Positions 12,632 through 22,617 of a stretch of 64,000 nucleotides of DNA are shown here, one piece after another. The notes beneath the pieces are model-generated. The model was given only the letters and a program-made list of their open reading frames with translations. It had not been told where the DNA came from and made no database searches. A program made the position numbers and the translations under genes. How positions within the stretch are numbered: the stretch's first letter is position 1; each line of letters begins with the position of its first letter. The stretch comes from Leptogorgia sarmentosa (Eukaryota): positions 16,182,001 to 16,246,000 of the forward strand of contig OZ210885.1 of the NCBI GenBank assembly GCA_964658305.1, read 5' to 3'.

Positions 12632-13495
12632 CTTTTGTCCAGTTTGGCTTGCCATAGGCGACGCCTCAACAGTGCCGGACAACTGCCGTTTGCTCGTATC
12701 TGGATTCACCGGAGTCGATGTAGAGGAGCTGCCCTCAGACACAGTGTCTTCATGTGTCTCAGACACTTCCATAGTTTGCGCGGGGGGAACCAGGGAGCCA
12801 GGAGGGCCGTCATCCGCGGAAGCGGTATCGTTCTCATCCGCAGCAGGAACAGAACCAACAGGATTAGTAGTCGCAGCCCCGGTAGGCGTCGACGGACGTA
12901 CAATGGTATCTCCTACAATTTGTGCAGGGGGAACACCACGGGATTTCTTGAACGGAGAGTCTTTAGATTGGTGACCGGTCTGTTCGCATCGGAAGCACTG
13001 CTGGACTTGTCCTCTGTAGAACACATTGACGGGGTAGTTGGCGATGGTCAGACGGGAAGGTATTGGCTTGCGAAGTTCCATCTTAACAGAATAAACCGAG
13101 ATTCCAATACCTTGAACAAGTTCGTGTCGGATTTTTTGCACGTTGCCGTAGTCTGAAAGCCGCGACTTTATCGCGTTTTCGGTCGTGCCATACATGACCC
13201 GGGTGAGTTTAACCCATTGCGTGTTGGGAGCGGCGACGAGTTTGACCAGCTGTCCACGGAACGTCAGCCCGGTGTGGAGCAGGGCTTCAGCCTGGCGACC
13301 ATCTCGGCAGTGCATGACAAAAGTCGATGCACCGCTTTGCATGATGTTGTCAATTTTCGTGGAGGCATCTGGAACTTGGCGGATGGAATCATCAATGATT
13401 TCTTTCAAAGTGACAGGGATAGTTGCAGCAGCTGCCATAACTTCATCAGGTAGCGTGCCCACCAGGGCTCTTGCAGCGAAAGGGACAGCAGCCAT
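12632..13495 (-). pseudogene. N-terminal half of the ORF1-like protein of copy 1 (RRM-like region plus degenerate CCHC knuckle)
   Basis: MAAVPFAARAL...QWVKLTRVMYG...IPSRLTIANYPVNVFYRGQVQQCFRCEQTGHQSKDS is Tx1/ZCCHC3-like. It is truncated by the DNA transposon. Confidence 0.85.
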
Positions 13496-13638
13496 TGGAT
13501 CAGGAACCAAGGACCACCAAACGTGAACAGCACCACGCCAATCCCCAACACCAAAGACTTCGTAAAAATCTCTTCTTCTTGAAATCTCTTCTTAAATTCT
13601 CCAAATAGCGGGACTCTTCTCACTTGATTAGAATATCG

Positions 13639-13662
13639 TTAGCCAAAAGGCCGAGAAGCGAT
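13639..13662 (-). ncRNA. U2: U2 snRNA gene A, fragment 1 (nt 1-24)
   Basis: Reverse complement ATCGCTTCTCGGCCTTTTGGCTAA matches the U2 5' end exactly. Confidence 0.95.
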
Positions 13663-13920
13663 GCCTTCTTCGCCGTTCCATGCCATCTTTAAGCGAGAAA
13701 AGCAGGTCCTCCTTCGCGCCGCCATTAGCAGCCGCGGCCGCGAAATCGCAAGCGAAACGAGCCGCAAACGTTGTGGCACGCGGTGATGATGACTCGTACA
13801 ATCAATCGTTTGTGCGCTGCTAATTAATTCGGGTGCACGCGCGAAACTTCTCGCGATGCACGCGCGAAACTTCTCGCGATGCACACGTGTTCTCCACGAA
13901 TTTCTGGCGATTTTTTGGCG
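13663..13920 (-). promoter_or_regulatory. U2 upstream promoter region, copy A
   Basis: Highly similar to 24301-24560. It has GCTTAA near -30 and lacks ~15 bp (including TTCACCT) that is present near -55 in the other copy. Confidence 0.7.
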
Positions 13921-14123
13921 GGTGCACGTGGCACTTTCTCCCATTCGCTGGCTCCGTGACCGATTCGGGAATGGCAAATGAGCGACATGCATTGAGTTGA
14001 ACGAAGCGTGTCCGGTTGCACTTCGGTTGGAGAAATGACGTGTGCATTTGAATTGGAAATGGTTGTTTAACATAAGTCTAGTATAAAATGCATGATCGGT
14101 TGGCAGCGCGTGTATGGATTGAT

Positions 14124-14149
14124 TGATTCATTCATTCATTCATTCATTC
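14124..14149. repeat. (ATTC)n microsatellite
   Basis: attcattcattcattcattcattc. Confidence 0.8.
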
Positions 14150-14376
14150 CATATGACGTGCATACAACAAGGTGTGAGTAATCCAATATTGATTGCATGG
14201 TTATGTATTAGTGTCGAATGACCGCGATGTAGTATCGAGTTACAGGTGTTCGTGAAACACATGGGCTGCATTGTGAAGAATACATGGAATTGTTGTCTCG
14301 TCAATATACTAGCATGCTCGACGACACTTATATTGGCAGTTTTGAGTATTGAAATGAGAATGATAAGATGAGGATG

Positions 14377-14539
14377 AAGGGGACGAGCGCGAACGCAGGT
14401 CCCCACTTCCAGAAATTATACGCTCGAGTTACCCACATTAGGGGTAATCGCAGGAGTCAACCCAGTCGAAGTGCAATGAAAGGGCATCATCCTGAGAGGA
14501 CCTCCTAGTTGATCAAGGTGCCTCTCGCGTCAGGTAAGT
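14377..14539 (-). ncRNA. U1: U1 snRNA gene body (nt 3 to 3' end)
   Basis: Reverse complement reads ACTTACCTG...GATCA (SL1 loop)...CATTGCACTTCG (SL2 loop)...ATAATTTCTGG (Sm site)...GGGGACCTGCGTTCGCGCTCGTCCCC (SL4). Confidence 0.95.
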
Positions 14540-14892
14540 TTATGTTGGATATAGGCAAATCCACCCCCACTTGGGAGCGTGCAATGGATTTCCCTAAATC
14601 GAGGAGGGTGCTACCGGCACGCAAACGACTAAGGGGACGATCCCTACCTCCTCATTAAATGCACCCCGAGAATATTTATTATTCTGACGCCTCGAGTAGT
14701 GCATTTAATTCTATATAAAAAACAACACATACTAGGACAGTACATGGACCGATGCTAGCCTGATACAGGCAGCAACGGGGATTTAAAAAGAGAAACGACC
14801 CTACCGAACCGATCGGGGCAGTACAACTAACTAAGGCGACCCCCCTTCACGGAGCGGCAGAGGAAGAAAAAAGGATCAAAAAACCTGAAAGA

Positions 14893-17800
14893 CTAAAAGG
14901 AGAAGACCAGCTCCTCCCCCTCGAAATGACCTACAATACCGCGAGCGAGCCAATCCCTCTCAAAAGATCGCACTTGAGCAGGGAGTTTGCACCGACGACC
15001 AAAGAGACGAAGAACAAACTTTACTTTGGCGATGGCTTTCGCCTGGCAATCCGAGGCGATTGGCCGCTTACCACAGAAACGGAAATCACAACGAGCCACG
15101 CAGATGGTATGTTTCATCACATGGAGCATGCACACGATGATTGGGGGCACGATGCGCCGTCGTTCGGACGAGAAGCCGAACAAGAGTTCCGTGACGGTAA
15201 ATGGTGCGGCAGTAGGACATATCTGCCATAAATTGTAGTGTACCCATGCCACCAAAAGGCGGGCCAGCTCACATTCGAAGAATAGATGTTCTAGAGTTTC
15301 TTCATCTGCTCGACAGAAACAGCGCATATCGATGTTCGGCATGTTAAAGCGGGTTCCCAAGCGAGAGCCTGTGTAGAGAATGCCATGCGCTATTTGCCAG
15401 TTCAGGTCGATCACAAGCCGGTCAAATGGACATAGATGAAGCTGACTCCAAGTTTGGGGCCAGTGTAGAGGTCCATACTGCAGCGTGAACTTGGCTATAC
15501 AATGTGGCTGGCTATTTAAATTGTTTTGACTTATTTGGTACACATTTTTACTTGATATGTTATCCACCAGGTGTGGAGAGGCAGACGAGGCAGCAATGCA
15601 CAAGTCATTGCCAGTAAGACCACCGTCGAGAGATTGCCACACCCGAAAGATGATACAATAGAACTCGGGCAAGGCTCTCAAACGACGTTGGGAAAAAGAA
15701 GTTAAAAAGGCCTCACGAGGCTCGCAACCAAGTGAGGCAGAAACAAAATGGGTAAAAAAGTCTTTCCATTTGCCACGATCTTCAGCGAACAAACGTTTTA
15801 CCCATTGAAGTGCAAAAGCATCTGCCTTGAGTTGGAAATCGATAACTCCAAATCCACCCTTGGATTTGGGAAGGCAGACTACTTTGCGGGCAACAAGATC
15901 CCGCTTGCCAGACCAGAAGAACTTCCAAACTGCCTTGTGTATTCTCTGAACCGCCCACTTCGGAACAGGGAAGACGTGACAAATGCCATATCTGGGACAA
16001 GGCCAAAGTGTTGATAATAGTGGCCTTGCCCTGAAAGGACAGTCTGCGTCCAGACCAGTCTGACAAACGTTTCTCCAAGTTGGAAACGGCTGGCTCGAAG
16101 GTCGGCTGACTATAGTCAGCGGCACTGAAGGTTGCACCAAGTAATGGGAGTTCTTTAACCCACTGGATACCATGAGGGGTATCGGTACGGTGCTTCCAGG
16201 AGCCCAACCACATGCTCTTAGATTTGCCGCGATTCAGACGAGCACCCGAGGCTTTCTCAAACTGAGAATACACCTCGAAGGTGGCCTTGATCGATTCATC
16301 CGTAGTAGGCGCAATCGTCGTATCGTCGGCATACCCAGAGCATTTAAACTGTTCCAGCGATTGAGGGAGAAAAACCCCAGTAATACCTGGGGCAGAGCGG
16401 ATGTTAGCTGCTAACACCTCAATCGACACAACGTACAATAGTGGAGAAAGTGGACAACCCTGCCGCACACCCGCAAAGCAGGAGGTCCAGCCATTGATGA
16501 CTACGGCCGATTCTACGTCAGAGTAAAACAACTTTACCCATCGGCAGAAATCCGGACCAAAATTCATGCTGTCCAGAGTCCGTAAGAGAAAACCCCATCG
16601 ACCCGATCAAATGCTTTTTCTTGATCCAAAAAGAGCAGAGCGAGGGGAATGTCCTCGTGCTCCGCATACTCAATTAGATCACGGATCAGAAAGAGATTCT
16701 CTGAGATGGTACGGCCTGGAACACCGCACGTTTGATCTGGCCCCACAACAGAGCCGATGACGGCTAGGAGACGACCCGAAATAGCGCGAGTAGCTATTTT
16801 GTAGTCTGCATTGAGCAGACTAATCGGCCGCCAGTTCTTTGTCTCCAAGCAGTCATTCTTTTTATAGAGGACAATGATCAAACCTCAACGCTGAGAGGTG
16901 GAAAGCTGGCCGGCCTCGTAAGCAACATTGAGGACACGAACCAGATCAGCCAAAACTTGAGGAAAAACTCCATGGGAAAGCCATCGGAACCCGGAGTCTT
17001 TCCCCTAGCCATACCCGACAGGGCAGTAAAACATTCCTCTAAAGAGAGAAGACCCTCACAACACGCATGTTCCTCCTTACTAAGGCGGCGAGACAGCTTT
17101 GACAGCATCTCATCCTGAGCAGATGTATCGCAGGGTGATGCAGTAAAGAGTTCGGTGTAATACCGCCACCAGACGTCCAAGATCTCAAAAGGGTCGTGGC
17201 GCACGGTACCGGTGTCGGGGTCTCGAATGGAGTGCATCTCTTGCTTTGCATGTCGCTTAGTGGCTAAATTGAGAAAAAAGGAGGAGGAAGTTTCCCCCTC
17301 CTCAGCCCACTGACAACGAGCACGAACTTGTGCCCCTCTCGCTTCATGCAAAGCAATGCCTCGGAGCTCTTCCTGAACCTCGCAAAGCTTAGCGAATGCA
17401 GAGGTATCCCCGGCTTCGAAAAGACGCTGCAGTCTGTGCATCTGCTTGGTCAGGAAGGATTTATGTTCCCGCCGGTCCAGCTCCTTTGACCGACTAAAAG
17501 TGCGTGTCACTTCTCTAAGGTAGAATTTCCCCTGGTCCCACCAATCCAAAATGGAGGGAAAGGCCTCAGGTGTATAATGGCCTGCCAGAAGGACCAAAAA
17601 GAAGTGACAAGGGCGCAATAGGTTTCGTCGTCCAGGAGGGAAGTATTAAACTTCCACACTCCAGGACCACTAACGATACGATCACCAAATTGGAACTTGA
17701 CCAGCAAGTATTGATGATCTGATAAAAAGGAGGGATGATATTCACATTCCCTAATATACTGTTCCAGACAAGTCGGGGCCCAGACCATATCGATGCGTGA

Positions 17801-18409
17801 GCCAAAGGTTCCGGACCCATGGGTCCAGGAATAAGCCGTCTGCGTGGGATGTAACGTACGCCACACCGGATATGTCTGGGTATGAGATAGTAGGGTCTGC
17901 AAGGCCCGGCCACTTTCTTGGGCGCGCGAAGAGGCAGCACCAGTGTAAGAAGCACGCCGAAGCCTATCCCGATCATCGTCTAGAACAGAATTAAAATCAC
18001 CACAAACAAATGTGGGCCTGGTAAGATCAATTAAACCAGGAATTGAAGCGAAAAAAGCGTTACGAGCCGGATTCTTATTTGGGGCATATAATGAGACGAA
18101 ACTTAGCTGATCTTCCCCAAAATCAACGAAGACTTGGACAAATCGTCCATCATCATCTGGAATCACTTGTTTAACCTTGTGACAGTCTTTAATAAGAATG
18201 GCCGTGCCACAACGCTTATTTGACACTGACGACGAGACAACTCGAAAGCCAGAATTAGCGAACCACTTTCTGATGGATTCGTGTGAAGGAGCATGCGTTT
18301 CTTGCAAACATGCAACATCCACCTTCATACATTTTAACCAATCCACCAGGGCGGTTCGTTTAATACGGTCGTTAAGACCATTAATATTGATGGACAACAG
18401 ACTCGCCAT
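14893..18409 (-). pseudogene. Tx1-type ORF2 (AP endonuclease, RT, zinc-binding C-terminus), several frameshifts
   Basis: APE motifs: SININGLN, ACLQETH, YAPN, CGDFN, SRID, SDH. RT motifs: GVWKFN, KNWRPISLLNADYK, LDQEKAFDRVD, GVRQGCPLSP, YADD. C-terminus: CFCRADEETLEHLFFEC. Confidence 0.95.
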
Positions 18410-19580
18410 CAGAATCTGATGTCCCAGATGTGGGCAGCTCACCAATAAGGAGCTCCTCGAGTTGATCAGCACGAAGCTGATCACTAAATGACGTGCATGT
18501 CGAAGATGCACCCACCTCACTGACATCATTGCGAAGACGAGACCGTGAGTCTTCATGGATGGCGGCCAGTGCCTCAAAGAGATCGAGGGATGACTCAGAC
18601 TGCTGTGATACATCCACTGCAGGAGGATCCTGCGAAGCAGCGTTGTCATCATCCACATCAGCCTGAGGAGGCATGGGAGCATCATCCATACGCTCCGGGG
18701 ATCCGACTGGCTCAGTAAAGTCAAGATCAGGCGCAGATTCCTGAGTGATGATCGGATCAACTACCGTATCACCACTCAAACATTTGTTCACTTCAGCCTC
18801 TGCCTCCATGGCCTCCGGAGTGGCAGTTGGACTAGAAGGGCTCGTGAACCCTGGCCACACGCTAACGTTGGTCGGAGTCGAAGGAGCAGGAGCGGACTGG
18901 CATACCCTCTTGGACACTATACCCTCTTTATCGTCACTACTCGAGGAGGAAGAGGGAAAAGGAGCATCCCTGGTGGAGTTGGCCCTAACACCCTTAGGTG
19001 CCTTGGATGATGACTTGCCAAGGGGATGTGGGCTTGCATAGGGTATGGGAAGCGCAAAATCAAAGGATTTGCGCTTCAAATGCTCCGCAGTCAGGGGTGT
19101 GACGGTGGTGGCATCCGACGGCTCGGTGGCCTTGGGAGCCTTCTTCCTCAGCTTCTCCCAAAGGTCTCTAGGGCGAGAAGAAGAGGTTGATTTAGAAGGG
19201 CCGGACGAGGCCGGCAAGAAGGTGCTCTCCTTAGCCGAAACTAATAGGGGATTAACCCCCTTAGCCTTAGGAGCATTCTCCTTAGCCGCTACAGCCGGAA
19301 CAGATGGCAGTGCTGGCTCGCTTGTCTTCTTCTTCTTTAACTTCTCCCGAAGGTCACCCGTGCGAGAAGAAGAAGAAGAGGATGACTTGTCCTTGAGCGA
19401 ACCTTTTGCCGGCTTAGTTGTACTGGTAGGTTTGGGCACTGCCGACTTACTAGCCTTTGGTGTTAACTTCTCGCAAAGGTCTCCAGTGCGAGAGGCAGAG
19501 GACGATTTAGAAAGGCCGGACGAAGCTGGCGAGTTATTACTATCCTCAGCCTCTGTAGGCGTAGATTTACCAGTACTATT
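18381..19580 (-). pseudogene. Low-complexity C-terminal part of Tx1 ORF1
   Basis: S/K/P-rich frame directly upstream of and overlapping the ORF2 start, with three SR(T/P)(G/R)DLxEKL repeats. Confidence 0.7.
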
Positions 19581-19606
19581 AAGAATACGAATTAACAAAA
19601 AAATCA

Positions 19607-19612
19607 AAGTAT
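19607..19612 (-). ncRNA. U1: U1 snRNA 5' stub (nt 1-6, ATACTT)
   Basis: ATACTT lies exactly at the element's 5' junction and completes an ACTT duplication. A GCTTAA motif ends 26 nt upstream, the same spacing as in U2 promoter A. The match is short, so confidence is moderate. Confidence 0.65.
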
Positions 19613-19876
19613 GTAAATCTCATGAACAGCGATGCTGCTTAAGCTTTGTTGGCCAACGAGCAGCTACCCAAGACTATTATAACATGAATGTGTTAGGCTG
19701 CTTACCATAATTCGTTTGTCGTCGGTCATCCGCACTGAATATGTCATTGTATACGTATCTCTTGCCAAATGCCGGTTCGCGGCGAGGATCTATCTGTAAA
19801 GTCAAGAATAATTTGTAAGAATTTTTTTGAACTGATAGTGAGTGAGAAATCTTCCCCCAATAATGAAATTGGGGGA

Positions 19877-20026
19877 AGTGGGCCATACTCGGAGGTAGTG
19901 CAATACCGAGACAACCCGTGGCCAGGGCGAAGCAAGCTTCAATCCCATGGCCGAGGTCCAAAATCAGTTTAATATATGAGTTAGGACATTGCCTAACATA
20001 TCAGATATTAAGCTGATAAAAACAGA
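19877..20026 (-). ncRNA. U2: U2 snRNA gene B, 3' body (nt 39 to end)
   Basis: Reverse complement reads TCTGTTTTTATCAGCTTAATATCTGATA...GATTTTGG (Sm site)...GCTTGCT...CTCGGTATTGCACTACCTCCGAG (SL IV). Confidence 0.92.
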
Positions 20027-22601
20027 AATTTTTTATTATGGATAAAGAAATGTTACAAGCTATGTTATATATATACGGGTTAATGACTTAGAAGTTAATG
20101 ACAATAGAATGTTATATACAAAGGTTTGAAATGACTGATTGAAACGTTCAGTAGGAAAGAAGTTGTTTGGAAACTACTACTATGGTAATATTATTATAAG
20201 TTACTATAATAATCTAAGAAGTTCTAGTGAATTAGATCTTTTTAAAAGACGTTTGATAAAGTTATTGTGGGACACCTGTAAGGTGTTGGACATAAATGTT
20301 TGTAGAGATGCGAATGGCATCTGCGCAACATAGTTTCCTAAATAGGGTTCTATATCTTAAATTAATGTCAAGTTCGTTAAGGACAGCTTCATTCTCGTTG
20401 TACCACGCACCAAGGGATCCAACGACGAAACCGAACACTTTGGCATCTTGGATGTGTTGCTGGAAGTAGTCGATCAGGTAGTCGTACTTGTTGGTTTTCC
20501 TTTGGGCAGCCATTTCCAGTGATGTATCATTGTTCTCGTAGGGGCATGTGATGTCAATGATGGTTACTTTGTTTCCTCTACGAACAACGATATCTGGACG
20601 GTTAATACCGGGAGCTCCAGGCACTATTTGATCAACTGTGACGTCGCCAGTATTGATTGCATTTAGAAGGCGATTTAGTATTCGGTCGTGTCTAGCTGTG
20701 ATGGCCGTCATGTTTGGTTTGCAGTGGCATATGATGTGGGGTAGCGTTTCGGTGTTATTTTGGCTGTGACATCGTCGACAAACTGGACTGGTATCCGACC
20801 AACGGCTTTTAACATCATTAGTTCGTAGGGTATTGGTCCTTGCGCGATGGATAAACCTCCAATCACAGAATCGAAGGCCCGTTCCGTCAAACGCCCAGTT
20901 GTTGGTGGTGGCAATTCAACATGACTGCAGGCATCTGGCGACTTTACCTTGATCTTTTAGGGATAGCAAGTCATTTGCGTGTTTGGTTTTGAGATGGCTT
21001 TGAGATGGCGGTGAAGGAATGAGGATATTTTGTGGGGTGAATCTGTGGTTGAACCATTGATTGAAACGGATATGTTCGTTGTAGCGTTATGGATGGCGAT
21101 GTTTAATGCTCTGCTGGAAATTCGGCATCTTGACCAAAGGGAGGCACTTGAGTTTTGGTGATTGGCAAGGGGGCCCTCTTGGAAACCTGAGAGGAAACCA
21201 TCTATTACTTCGCTGGTTGGGTTGTCTTTGCATTTAACACAACGTTTGACAACTGATGTAAGTTGGTCACGGGAGATACTCTTAATGAGTGGATCGTTGG
21301 CTAAGAGGATCTTGACGGTATGGACCACAGTTTGAATGTGTCTCTCATCAAAGGGATCCTGGAACCCAAGACCTCCAACCGATTTGTCAGCGAACAGGTA
21401 TGCATTTGAAACCCTCTTTGGTAGGTGACAGATAGATTTAATTGTCTCTATGAGCTTTGACCAATAATCTTTAAGAGAATCACGTGGCACAGGACATGAT
21501 CTGAGTGCGTAGGTTAAACCTGGTTGGATAAAAGTTCTGATAGCATCAAGTTTCTGCCATGGAGTTAGAAGGGAGTCACGGATTTTGGAAAGGTCTTCAA
21601 CTACTTTTTCGGTAATTGATTTCATGTCTGTAGCATCATAGATTAGACCAATGGGTACACCAAGGTAACGGTAGGATTCTTCTCTCTTAAGGCATGGGAT
21701 TTCCCCGTTTTCGACAATGAAGTGGAATTCAGAAACTCTATCAGGGTGTTTGTTGGAGCATGTTAGGCTGAGGGTAGCGCATTTATCTGGTCTGAATGAA
21801 AGGTTAAGGGTGTCAGCGGCAGAGGAAACACTATTCAGAAATTCTTGAAGGCCATTCTGTGTTCGGCTAATTAACACGAGGTCATCAGCGTAAGCCAGGA
21901 TAGATATTAGCTGGTTGTGTAGTTTAAAAGCCATCTTGGGGTTGTTTTCGGCTTTTGAAATCACTGTTCTAATTAATAGTTCGGTTGTAAGATTGAACAG
22001 GATTGGGCTGATAGGGCAACCTTGTTTAACGCCAGCGTTGGTATTGATGGGTGATGTTTCGTCTTCTCGCGATGTGCGTATAACAGTTGAGGCATTAGTG
22101 TATATGTCCTTAATTAAGTCTGTGAAGGTTGATGGGAAGCCCATATGGGATAGAGATGTATAAATGGCTTCGTGGTTTATGCTACCGAAGGCGTTTCGTA
22201 AGTCCAACCATGCAATGTAACAATCCTTATAGTTTCTTTTACAGTCCGAGATAATTGATTGACGGGTAAACGTATGTTCGTGGCATCCTTCAGCGGGTCT
22301 AGCACTCTTTTGTTGGGTGGAGAAAGTAGGTTGTGGTGGATGGCAAAGGTTGTAGCTCTCGATGCAAGGATAGCTGTGAAAAGTTTGTACAAACATGACA
22401 TTAAAGCAATAGGTCGAAAGTTGCTTGGATCATCACTGTTTCCCTTTTTGTATATGAGGATGGTCGTGGAGGTTTTCCAGACAGAAGGGATTTGTTTGTT
22501 ATTTAGACAACGATTGAAGATGAGTGATAAGACTTTACAGCTTGGATCAACTTGTCGGAGGTGGCGATATTCAACTCGGTCTTTGCCAGGTGCAGAATTA
22601 G
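20027..22601 (-). mobile_element. 5'-truncated Utopia-like RLE retrotransposon at U2 nt 37/38
   Basis: RT motifs: AWLDLRNAFGS, GVKQGCPISP, LAYADDL, YRYLG. CCHC: RRCHS...ETLPHIICHC. RLE: RHDRIL...RPDIVV...IDITCPYE...KTNKY. The 3' end is AATAAAAAA, and the element is bounded by U2 nt 22-37 and nt 39 onward. Confidence 0.92.
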
Positions 22602-22617
22602 ACTACACTTGATCTTA
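22602..22617 (-). ncRNA. U2: U2 snRNA gene B, middle fragment (nt 22-37)
   Basis: Reverse complement TAAGATCAAGTGTAGT. Confidence 0.9.

Larger units (their letters stand above)
6529..13638 (-). mobile_element. ORF1-only (HAL1-like) Tx1-type retroelement, copy 1, inserted at U2 nt 22-24 and interrupted by a DNA transposon
   Basis: Flanked by U2 nt 1-24 and nt 22-38 (TAA duplicated). The single ORF runs ATG 13495 to ~12632 and ~7251 to stop 6682, followed by a short 3' UTR ending AATAAATCAAAA. No RT or endonuclease. Confidence 0.85.
14540..19606 (-). mobile_element. 5'-truncated Tx1-clade non-LTR retrotransposon inserted in the first bases of U1
   Basis: ORF1 C-terminal part (18381-~19580), frameshifted ORF2 (APE-RT-zf-RVT, 18409-14893) and a ~350-bp 3' UTR abutting U1 ACTTACCTG. 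The 5' side abuts ATACTT, giving an ACTT duplication. Confidence 0.9.

Noticed and set aside
19620..19875. U6 or another snRNA in the U2-U1 spacer
   Set aside because: No ACAGAGA/AGC or other recognisable snRNA motif. There is only a 10-bp inverted repeat (19851-19878) at the U2 3' end, of unknown meaning.
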